From NCBI GenBank assembly GCA_963702565.1, contig CAVPDE010000026.1, positions 25,235-89,234 of the forward strand: a stretch of 64,000 bases of DNA, read 5' to 3'. Position numbers and translations under genes: made by a program. Shown here piece after piece: positions 29,341-36,629 of this stretch (within the stretch, counting starts at the first letter, position 1; the number at the start of each line of letters is the position of its first letter). The DNA comes from an uncultured delta proteobacterium. GTDB lineage: Bacteria > Desulfobacterota > DSM-4660 > Desulfatiglandales > HGW-15. A model generated the notes under the pieces. The model saw only the letters and a program-made list of their open reading frames with translations. It made no database searches and had not been told where the DNA came from.

Positions 29341-30423
29341 GGGACGTTCTTGATATATTGCTATTCTAGCCATTCTCCCCTTATCTCCTCGCGTTCCAGT
29401 ATCGCTGGCGCACGGGCTATTGACCTGCTTACGGCAGAAGGACTGATTCCGAGCTCCGTCGCAAGCGATACAGAGGTCATCCCTATTTTACGCACGCCCA
29501 AGTAGCACAGAACCGCACGGGCTTTGGCTATGGCAGGAACCTTGCTTGCGGATTGAAGAGATTCTGGGTCTATACCGAAATGCGCGGAGACTTTTTCTGA
29601 CAGCCATTTTAGGTTCATTCCCTTTTTCCTGAGGAGGGACCTCTTCTCCCATTCCTCCTCTGACTCCCTCAAAACGCGCTCAACAAAATCGGATCCTCCC
29701 AAAATCCGCTCGTCGGCCCTTACAGCCTCTCCCGATTTGTGCAGTTCATCCAGCCCCTTCCACCCTCCCACAGAGCGCAGCAATCCTCCGCCCGCTAATT
29801 CCGGCCGTCGCCCCTGCGCGACCCCCTCCGAAACATAGGATACATAAGCCGACCTGGCCTCCTTCTCCGTGTGTCCGAAATATCGTAGAACGTAATCTCT
29901 ATCCTGCCAGTTTCTCTTCTTCCTACCCATGAGCACGGAATGCCCTGAGTAAGCATAGAAGCCAAGCTCCCTGAGATCATGCACTAGTCCAGCCCGAAGG
30001 GGATTCAGATGGATATAGCGCACAAGCTCCCGTAGGTAGGCATCTTCCTCGCAAAGGATAGACTTGTAACGGTTTTGAAAGAGATGCCCGTGACGAGAAT
30101 AACGCCGGTTAAAGGTCACGGCATAGCCGGTCAGGAGCTTTCTCATGACGCGGGCAATGGGAATTCTTCCTGTTCGGAGAAGAAAATGAGCATGATTGGT
30201 AAGCAAAGACCATGCGTAGCAAGGGGTCGAGCTTGCCATCAGGATTCCGCCAAGTCGATCAAGAAAGGACTCGCGATCTTCATCGTTTCGAAAAATCGCT
30301 GTCCGGTCGATCCCTCGGATCATCACATGGTGGAGTGCCCCAGGCGCGTCTAATCGTGATTGACGTGGCATTCGGTTCTCCTAGCGCAACGAAAACAGAA
30401 TGTCAACATATCAAGAACGTCCC
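29341..30423 (-). mobile_element. inverted-repeat-flanked Y1 HUH transposase unit
   Basis: IR GGGACGTTCTTGATATATTGCTATTCT (29341-29367) vs reverse complement of 30397-30423, 24/27 identical; third copy 30503-30530. Confidence 0.75.
29361..30371 (-). CDS. RAYT/TnpA-REP-like Y1 HUH transposase with C-terminal HTH (DnaA_C-like)
   Basis: MPR..R.D.PG..HHV..RG, NHAHFL (HUH), GHLFQNRYKS, YIHLNPLRAG (catalytic Tyr), C-terminal LGIS.SAVSR. Confidence 0.9.
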   Translation of the reverse strand: MPRQSRLDAPGALHHVMIRGIDRTAIFRNDEDRESFLDRLGGILMASSTPCYAWSLLTNHAHFLLRTGRIPIARVMRKLLTGYAVTFNRRYSRHGHLFQNRYKSILCEEDAYLRELVRYIHLNPLRAGLVHDLRELGFYAYSGHSVLMGRKKRNWQDRDYVLRYFGHTEKEARSAYVSYVSEGVAQGRRPELAGGGLLRSVGGWKGLDELHKSGEAVRADERILGGSDFVERVLRESEEEWEKRSLLRKKGMNLKWLSEKVSAHFGIDPESLQSASKVPAIAKARAVLCYLGVRKIGMTSVSLATELGISPSAVSRSIARAPAILEREEIRGEWLE

Positions 30424-30598
30424 GCCTTTCTCAAATGGTTGTCTTGGTCCGACCCGACCCACCACGGCCTTTACTCCCATTCAATTCATTTGCAGCCATG
30501 GTTAGAATATCAATATGTCAAGAATGCCCCTCCCCTAGCGGGAGAGCAGTTCCCCTCGGCGCGACGAAGTCGTCCCTCTGATCCACAGAAGCTCATTC

Positions 30599-30919
30599 TC
30601 AGGCAAACGGTTGCTTGGGTTTTCTCACAAATAATGGCTTGCCTCGTGACCGGTAAATAAGCCCCAGCAATATGCCCCCAAATACAAATCCAAGAAAGAT
30701 TAGAGGGGCTATGACTACAGCAACCAACCCTTTCTCACCCTCGGCGGTAGAAATTTGGAGATAGGCAACTGTGATTCCGACCACGATACTTATGGCAAAG
30801 CATTTAATAACAGGATGGCTAATAGTTTGCCTGTAGGCGAGCCAATGACCGATCTCGACAAAAAGAATGGTGGGAACTAGGCACACAATCAGACCCCAAA
30901 GAATGAGGGCAACTTCCAT
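30599..30919 (-). CDS. small AT-rich 3-TM hypothetical protein
   Basis: RBS AAGGAG; hydrophobic; visibly AT-richer than core genes. Confidence 0.6.
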   Translation of the reverse strand: MEVALILWGLIVCLVPTILFVEIGHWLAYRQTISHPVIKCFAISIVVGITVAYLQISTAEGEKGLVAVVIAPLIFLGFVFGGILLGLIYRSRGKPLFVRKPKQPFA

Positions 30920-31027
30920 TGTACTCTCCTTCCAAAGGTAGGCCGTAAGGTCCTATGGTCCCCGGAGTTCGACACGACGCCTTCATGCGATGCCTCATGA
31001 AGGCCATAGAAGGTATCCCTTGCTCAA

Positions 31028-31380
31028 GAGAACACAATAGGCGGAAAGGAAGAAACTTATAATATTATGTGCGTCCCCTCAATGCCCACAGCCGTCATCT
31101 TATCCAACGGTAAGGCGAATTCCATGCCTGTTGCCCTCCCCTGAACTAACGCATAGGGCAAAGGCTATCGCATCGGGGGAAAAACTTCAAGGGATAGACT
31201 AGGGCCGCTGAAGGGTTAAGACTCTTGGTGTTAGACCCCCAGGGTATCCCATGATCCTATCCGAAAGTTAAGAAAGTCAAAGGGTTACCTCAAAGCCCCG
31301 GGCACGTGGAAGTCATAGAAGTGACCCACTTGTTGTAGAGCACACAGGGAGCGGAAAACCTATAATATTATGTCCCCCCT
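31028..31380 (-). repeat. pair of direct repeats with GGGGAC end and ATAATATTAT core (31028-31079, 31338-31380)
   Basis: GCGGAAA..AACTTATAATATTATGTGCGTCCCCT and GCGGAAAACCTATAATATTATGTCCCCCCT. Confidence 0.7.
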
Positions 31381-31548
31381 TCATCCTATGTCTTTGATAA
31401 AAGCCAGGGATATTCCCAAAACCCCGGTCGAGAGGGTAAGGATAGCATTGTCAAACTTTTCGGAATTCGATAGGTTTCGGGTAAGGAGATCTTGTCTCGT
31501 GCTCGCGTAGATTTTCCTTCTTTCCTCTTTGTCTTCGTGGGTACTCAT
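31381..31548 (-). pseudogene. probably truncated third cassette gene (membrane protein N-terminus)
   Basis: MSTHEDKEERRKIYASTRQDLLTRNLSNSEKFDNAILTLSTGVLGISLAFIKDIG*; starts just after the attC core and stops at the GGGGAC repeat. Confidence 0.6.
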
Positions 31549-31569
31549 TAAACACCGTCTTTTGTCGGG

Positions 31570-31631
31570 CTCTAACGAGTCTCTTCAGCGGGCGCAGCTT
31601 TTTGCGATCCGCTGCAAGAGCATGGTTAGCC
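31570..31631 (-). mobile_element. attC: integron attC site
   Basis: Minus strand GGCTAAC CATG CTCTT(G)CAGCGG ... CCGCTGAAGAG ACTC GTTAGAG; 62 bp; one extra base in L''; 4 nt after nitroreductase stop. Confidence 0.9.
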
Positions 31632-31635
31632 CTCC

Positions 31636-32244
31636 CTATTTGATGAGAAGGTTATCAAGTGGCAGCCTTTTTCTGGGTTCAGGAGACTCTGCCGGATAGC
31701 CTATTGGCAGTAAGGCGACAACGAAAATATTTTCATCCCAGCCAAATAAGCTCCTTATCATGTCAGCATTAATTAATCTTATCCAGCAGGTGCCCAAACC
31801 GAAGTCCAAGGCTCTCAAGACTATGTGCTCGATAGCTATGGCAACATTTGCGGCAATTTGAGGCCCTATTTGATCAAGAGTATAAGACCTCGCTTGTTCT
31901 ACTCTTTTGACAAGGATCTTTACAATCTTGTCCTCGACCGCCTTTATTTTCCCAAGGTCCTGTGCACCGGAAGCAGATCCATCGAGATAGCCTTTGATGT
32001 CCGCACAGCAGACAGTCACGACAGGTGCCTCAGCGATGAATATCTGATCATAAGCTGCTAGTGCCAGTTGGAGTTTTGTTTCCGCTTGTTTTATAACTTT
32101 AAAACGCCATGGTTGAGCATTGCATCCTGACGGTGCCAGCCTTGCAGACTCCAGCAATTCTTTAATACATTCATCAGGAACTGGATCAGGCTTGAATCTA
32201 CGGATGCTCCGTCTGTTTTTTATTGCATCTTTCGTTGTTAACAT
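31636..32244 (-). CDS. nitroreductase family protein (gene cassette)
   Basis: RRSIRRF, ARLAPSG.NAQPW.F, GLGTCWI, LPIGYPAE...PR.R; AT-rich; bounded by attC sites. Confidence 0.92.
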   Translation of the reverse strand: MLTTKDAIKNRRSIRRFKPDPVPDECIKELLESARLAPSGCNAQPWRFKVIKQAETKLQLALAAYDQIFIAEAPVVTVCCADIKGYLDGSASGAQDLGKIKAVEDKIVKILVKRVEQARSYTLDQIGPQIAANVAIAIEHIVLRALDFGLGTCWIRLINADMIRSLFGWDENIFVVALLPIGYPAESPEPRKRLPLDNLLIK

Positions 32245-32285
32245 ATTGCCTTATCCTATCGACCTGCCTTGTCTGTTTTATCCGG

Positions 32286-32348
32286 GGCTAACAGGGGCGT
32301 CACCCGGAGCCGGCAGTTTCGGCGATCGGGTGCACGCGATCGTTGGGC
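32286..32348 (-). mobile_element. attC: integron attC site
   Basis: Minus strand GCCCAAC GATC GCGT(G)CACCCG ...GCCG-loop-CGGC.. CGGGTGACGC CCCT GTTAGCC; 63 bp. Confidence 0.9.
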
Positions 32349-33094
32349 AATTCATGATCGTGTTCTTTCAAGGTCCGAAAAGCCACGGCGGCTTTCAGAA
32401 AAGCGAGGACAATTGGATGAGGGTTGCCCGGCTTTGAGGACAGCTGAGGAAGAAAAAGGGTTGCCACAAAGAAAGGATGGGAAGTAAGCTCAACAATTCT
32501 TGCGTTTCCGTCACTGTCCTTGCCAACAACACGAAGAGCACCCTGCATGATGTCGTTCCGATACGTTTCGTTGAGCCCGTAGTTGCAGGTGAATTGCTCA
32601 GTGGCTCGGTTCTTTCCATATGCCTCGAAGGCTAAGGTGCCAGGTGTAACCAAAACCTCTTGTTCGACACCGGCAAGGGAGCACACGAGACGGCTTATGA
32701 CGAGAGCGGGAGAAGCGGGCGCGGTCTCCTCAAAATCAGCATCTCGTATGCCCGCAACATTTCGCGCATACTCTACCAGAGCATGCTGAAAGCCGCTTCA
32801 GGTTCCCAGGAACGGCCACCTTCGTTCCCTGGTAAACCGGATTGCTTCCAACGCGCCGTTCATGCTCCTGTATGGACCCCCGGGAGCACAGAAGATGCCG
32901 TCATACTCCTCCAACTTGCCGTGGTCCGCCGCAGTCTCCAATGCCTGTGTAGGAATCCAATCGGCGCTGACCGCAGCCGTTACTCTCTCTGCCGCGTGAC
33001 GCAAAGCCTCGTTCGTAGCCTTGTGTGACGGGCGCTCAGCCTCAAAGTCCCCCACAATTGCGATTCTTACGTCAGCGGTCATTCTGTCCTTCAT
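32300..33094 (-). CDS. CTP-synthase-like class I glutamine amidotransferase, probable selenoprotein (Sec99), 264 aa
   Basis: ORFs 32798-33094 and 32300-32686 are in frame, separated by one TGA (32798-32800) and 37 sense codons; reads PFLGT-U-SGFQHALVEYARNV where CTP synthases have PFLGxCxGxQ; also IAIVGD, DGI..PG, CNYGLN, ELTSHPFFVATLF. Confidence 0.8.
32754..32797 (-). promoter_or_regulatory. bacterial SECIS-like element
   Basis: UGA + 11 nt + GCAUGCUCU-GGU-AGAGUAUGC (9-bp stem, G-first loop); lower stem GCGGC/GUUGC and UUUC/GAAA. Confidence 0.75.
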
Positions 33095-33099
33095 TTTTT

Positions 33100-33118
33100 T
33101 CCCAACAAGTGATTAAGT
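33100..33118 (-). mobile_element. attI-like integron recombination site (no adjacent intI)
   Basis: ACTTAAT-CACTT-GTTGGGA (L box, 5-bp spacer, core); core complements the first cassette's inverse core GCCCAAC at 6/7. Confidence 0.6.
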
Positions 33119-33724
33119 GGTTTCCGGTCATCTCCAAGGAATGTCGCCGACTTGCGAAATAGAACTGACACAAGGGCTTAGTTTTGCTCGATCAGGTAGT
33201 CGGTTAACACCCCAAATGGAATGAATACACCCTTTCCGGGTATCACCACCTGCTCACTTGTCGGCGGAACACTCTTCAATACGCTTTGGAGATGGGTGAC
33301 TTTAATCGAGAGATAGGTTTTGGCTGGCTATTTTGGTTAGGCTGATAAATTGACCAAATACTCATCCAGCAAGAGAATGCTGAGTTAGGGAAAAACCCCG
33401 CTGGTCGGGCTCTGGTTTTGGGTATAATAGAGGGAAGTCAGCGGGAAATCAAGAGAATTCACCGCAGAGGCGCCGAGGCCGCAGAGAAATGCAAGGTGTA
33501 CCTCTGCTCATGCCTGCGGAAGACAACCCCCGCAGTATCACGACCTGGCTTTTCCTTGACCCGCAATGCGAGATGCCCTATAGTCCGAGCCCGAAATGGG
33601 CAGCCCTATCACCCAGGATCTTCCTCATCATTCAATCCCATTTTCTGTTCGAGTGGACAGTTTCGGGGCGTGAACCAGCGCCCAGGGGAATATCGGCGGA
33701 GAAGGCGGGGTGGGGAGAACAACG

Positions 33725-34605
33725 ATGAAAGCTTCTCAGGTAATCAAGAACGGTATTGCAGCGCTGCCGCAGATCCTCTGGAACCTTACGCTGATCGCGT
33801 TGGGCAGCGTTCTTTGTGCGGTCGCCCTCAACGGAATCCTCATTCCCCGTCAATTTCTTGAGCGGCGGTTTCACCGGCCTGGCTCTCATCATCCACTATC
33901 TTGTTCCCGCATTTCCCCTCGGTGCCATCTACCTCCTTCTTAATATCCCCAACTATGCCTTTGGATGGAAATATGTGGGACGACGATTTTTCCTCTACAG
34001 CATCGCTGGCATGTTCATTTTCTCAGCCGCCATTGAGGCTGATTCACATTACCCTTCCGGTCTACGATTATCTGCTCAGCGCGCTGCTGGCAGGAGTCAT
34101 CGTGGGGACCGGCTCTGGCCTTATCCTGAAGTCTCTTGGATCCGCAGGCGGTACGGACATCCTTTCCGTCATCCTTCTCAAGCTCTTCTCTATTCGCCTT
34201 GGCACCACGATCCTCGCATTCAACGGGATCATTCTGGCAGCGGCCGCCGTCCTCTTCAGTCTCGAGATGGCTCTTTACACGCTTATCTATCTCTACATCA
34301 GCTCCTACATGCTTAATCTGGTGGTCACGGGATTGAACCAGCGTAAAGCCGTCTATATTATCTCGCCGCAATGGAAAGAAATCTCGCAGGAAATTATGAA
34401 AGAACTTCAGAGAGGCGTGACCATCCTCAAAGGGGAGGGAGGATACACAGGCAAAGAACAGCCTGTCCTGTACACGGTCATCACCTTCCGCGAACTGAGC
34501 CGGCTCAAAGGCTTGATCCGTCGGATGGATCCGGATGCCTTTGTCGTGGTCAGTGAAACCCTGGAGGTGATGGGTCATCGCATCGGCAACCAGCCCCACT
34601 GGTAG
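33725..34605 (+). pseudogene. YitT family membrane protein with two +1 frameshifts (or assembly errors)
   Basis: Three overlapping frames join to ...LIPRQF/SGGFTGLA...NIP.../GSAGGTDI...RGVT.L.G.GGYT...D.DAFV; shifts near 33858 and 34038. Confidence 0.8.
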
Positions 34606-34683
34606 GACGCTCTCCATTCGCAGCCCTGGGCAAAAAATCAATATATCAAAAAAGAATGGCCCTCCTTGGTGAGGAAAAAGGAA

Positions 34684-34711
34684 CTGGGTTCCGGCTTTCG
34701 CCGGAAGGACG
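34684..34711 (-). repeat. CGTC-type REP-like palindrome
   Basis: Minus strand CGTCCTTCCGGCGAAAGCCGGAACCCAG. Confidence 0.6.
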
Positions 34712-34730
34712 ACCCTTCGGCGGTCTTCAC

Positions 34731-34773
34731 TTGACAAGGGCGACAAATGGCAGTAGATTGGCGACAGATGTCG
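34731..34773 (+). promoter_or_regulatory. TA promoter with two putative operators
   Basis: TTGACA-N17-TAGATT; CGACAAATGGCA in the spacer and palindromic CGACAGATGTCG downstream. Confidence 0.6.
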
Positions 34774-34789
34774 TAAGGAGGTTTCCATC

Positions 34790-35221
34790 ATGTCAGTTGC
34801 GAGTGTTGCACTCATTTTGGGAGGAAGGAAGAGCCTGAAAGGTGGGACGGCCGAGCGCTTCGATCTGATGAAGCTGAGCCAGAAGGGCGTGAACAAAGAG
34901 GCGTTGCTTCGCCTGGCCAAGTACCTTGATTTCTCCGTTAGCCAGATCGCGGAGCTCTTGCCCGTAACGCAGCGGACTATTCAGAGATACAGCCGCAACC
35001 ACCGCTTCAACCAGGCGGTCTCCGAACATATACTCCAAATAACGGAAGTGGCCCTGCGGGGTGCGAGCGTGTTCGGCAGCAGGGACAGGTTTGTCACCTG
35101 GATAAAGTCGAAAAGCCCTGCTCTCGGCAACAGGACTCCGGCCTCGCTGCTGGGCTCGAGATTCGGAGCGGAGATGGTCCTCGATGAACTGGGCCGCATC
35201 GAGCACGGGGTCGTTTCCTGA
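34790..35221 (+). CDS. Xre/MbcA/ParS antitoxin
   Basis: V..RTIQRY HTH; VFG....W......ALG..TP.SLL....G.EMV.DELGRIEHG. Confidence 0.9.
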   Translation: MSVASVALILGGRKSLKGGTAERFDLMKLSQKGVNKEALLRLAKYLDFSVSQIAELLPVTQRTIQRYSRNHRFNQAVSEHILQITEVALRGASVFGSRDRFVTWIKSKSPALGNRTPASLLGSRFGAEMVLDELGRIEHGVVS

Positions 35222-35680
35222 TGCTCGTATACCGGATCGCCAAGAAGGATGTGGTCAAGGACCTCTCAGGAACAGGAGCGAAGTTGTACGGAGGGCGGTG
35301 GAATCACAAGGGAACCGCCGTCGTCTACACCTCTGAAACCCGGGCCCTGGCAACGGTCGAGTTTCTGGTGCACATGTCCCTGTCGAACGCCCCAAGGGGC
35401 CTGATGATTGCCACTATCGAGGTTCCCGACAAAATTGTTCCGGAAGAGGTTCCGCGAGCGTCCATGCCCAGGGGCTGGCGCGATTACCCGTCCGCCACGG
35501 TCAGTGGCTGACCTGGGGACCCAATGGGCTAAAGCCAAGAAATCCCTTTTGTTGCGGGTGCCTTCGGCGGTTGTCGAGCAGGAATACAATGTTTTGATCA
35601 ATCCGCTGCATTCTGATATGGGGAAGGTGGTGTTGCTGCGGGTAGAGGCGTTTGAGTTAGACAAAAGGCTTGTTCGTTGA
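35221..35680 (+). pseudogene. RES-domain toxin with +1 frameshift near 35491 (or assembly error)
   Basis: VYRI, SG.GA..YGGRWN.KG..VVYTSE..ALA.VE in one frame; G.QW.....LLLRVPSAVV..E.N.LINP.H in the next. Confidence 0.8.
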
Positions 35681-35709
35681 ATAAGAGAAAAAAAGGGAAG
35701 AAGTGACGT

Positions 35710-36369
35710 ATGAGATCACGGAGCGATCTGACTGTTTCTGAAGCATATAAAGCGCGATATCCTGGCGTCGGTTTTGGGCTGACGCTCATCACCGGCTGCA
35801 AGCCTGTGACGGATCAGCAGGCCTATGACCACTACAAGAGAAAGCTCCTCCGCAAAATGCGGAAAAGGGAGACTCTTGCGGAGATCACAGTGCGAATCAA
35901 CACTTACGACAGCTTTTTCCAGAGCTTCGGGTTCGAGTGTCCCCTGCCTAAGCATCTCAAGAGAACAGTCAACAGCGGATTCCCCCAGTATAACCTCATG
36001 GTGGATGCCCACTTCATGGCAGAGATGTGCGCAGGAATCCTGGTGGCTGTCACCGACTATGATCGCTTCGACGGCAAACTCACGCTGGACGTGGCCAAGG
36101 CGGGCGAGATCTCCAAAGGAATGGGCCAGAGGGACTTTGTGACCAAAGAAGGGGAGATCGTCCTGAGAGATGAGAAGGATATTGTGTGCATCCTCTGCCA
36201 GGGAGCGGATGATAAGACGCGGGTCAAAGAGGAGACAAGAAACGTGTTCTTCTACGCCTATGCGGTGCCGGGGATTGATTCGGGGCACCTGAAAGACGGG
36301 TTGACCGTGGCGGCGGAGACCATGGGGGTGTTTGGAGGAGGGAAGATAGAAGGAATAGAAATTTATTGA
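35710..36369 (+). CDS. B3/B4 (PheRS-beta editing-like) domain protein
   Basis: P.YN.MVD, D.D...G.LTL, GEIVLRD, D.KTRV.EETRNV.F....PG. Confidence 0.75.
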   Translation: MRSRSDLTVSEAYKARYPGVGFGLTLITGCKPVTDQQAYDHYKRKLLRKMRKRETLAEITVRINTYDSFFQSFGFECPLPKHLKRTVNSGFPQYNLMVDAHFMAEMCAGILVAVTDYDRFDGKLTLDVAKAGEISKGMGQRDFVTKEGEIVLRDEKDIVCILCQGADDKTRVKEETRNVFFYAYAVPGIDSGHLKDGLTVAAETMGVFGGGKIEGIEIY

Positions 36370-36377
36370 GAAAAAGC

Positions 36378-36407
36378 TTGACAGGGTCTCGAATCGTCGA
36401 TTAAGCT
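36378..36407 (+). promoter_or_regulatory. sigma70-type promoter of the cimA leader
   Basis: TTGACA-N18-TAAGCT. Confidence 0.55.
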
Positions 36408-36443
36408 ACAGTTTCACACTAAGGAGATAGGTTTTAGAATACC

Positions 36444-36560
36444 ATGCTTGTCGTTACCAACATCATCGCCATTACCACCGCAATAGGGGGCTTGCTATCC
36501 CTATTGCTCCTTCTTGGGGTCGTCCGTCTAAAACGCGCGGGCCTGGTGATGACGAAATGA
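36444..36560 (+). CDS. Ile/Leu/Val-rich leader peptide (38 aa)
   Basis: MLVVTNIIAITTAIGGLLSLLLLLGVVRLKRAGLVMTK*, directly upstream of a terminator and cimA. Confidence 0.7.
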   Translation: MLVVTNIIAITTAIGGLLSLLLLLGVVRLKRAGLVMTK

Positions 36561-36617
36561 TGTAAATAAGCCCTTACAAAAACCGTTATCAGGCCCTCCT
36601 GATAACGGTTTTTTTTT
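36539..36617 (+). terminator. attenuator terminator with overlapping antiterminator
   Basis: Stem AACCGTTATCAGG/CCTGATAACGGTT plus T-run; GGGCCTGGTGATG (36539-36551) can pair with CGTTATCAGGCCC (13 bp including G-U). Confidence 0.8.
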
Positions 36618-36629
36618 GGAGATAAGGTT

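Noticed and set aside
30485..30507. TTCTAACCATGGCTGCA (minus) resembling the left arm of an attC
   Set aside because: No matching L' or GTTRRRY; it overlaps the HUH-associated repeat.
33100..33342. One long attC from GCCTAAC (33336-33342, minus) to GTTGGGA
   Set aside because: About 240 bp with no complementary L boxes; the proximal site fits attI geometry better.
33119..33720. Integron integrase gene divergent from the attI-like site
   Set aside because: No ORF with tyrosine-recombinase motifs; the next real plus-strand gene is yitT.
35221..35511. Selenocysteine read-through at other TGA-ended ORFs such as the RES toxin fragment
   Set aside because: The continuation is in a different frame or absent, with no Cys-equivalent position or SECIS-like hairpin.
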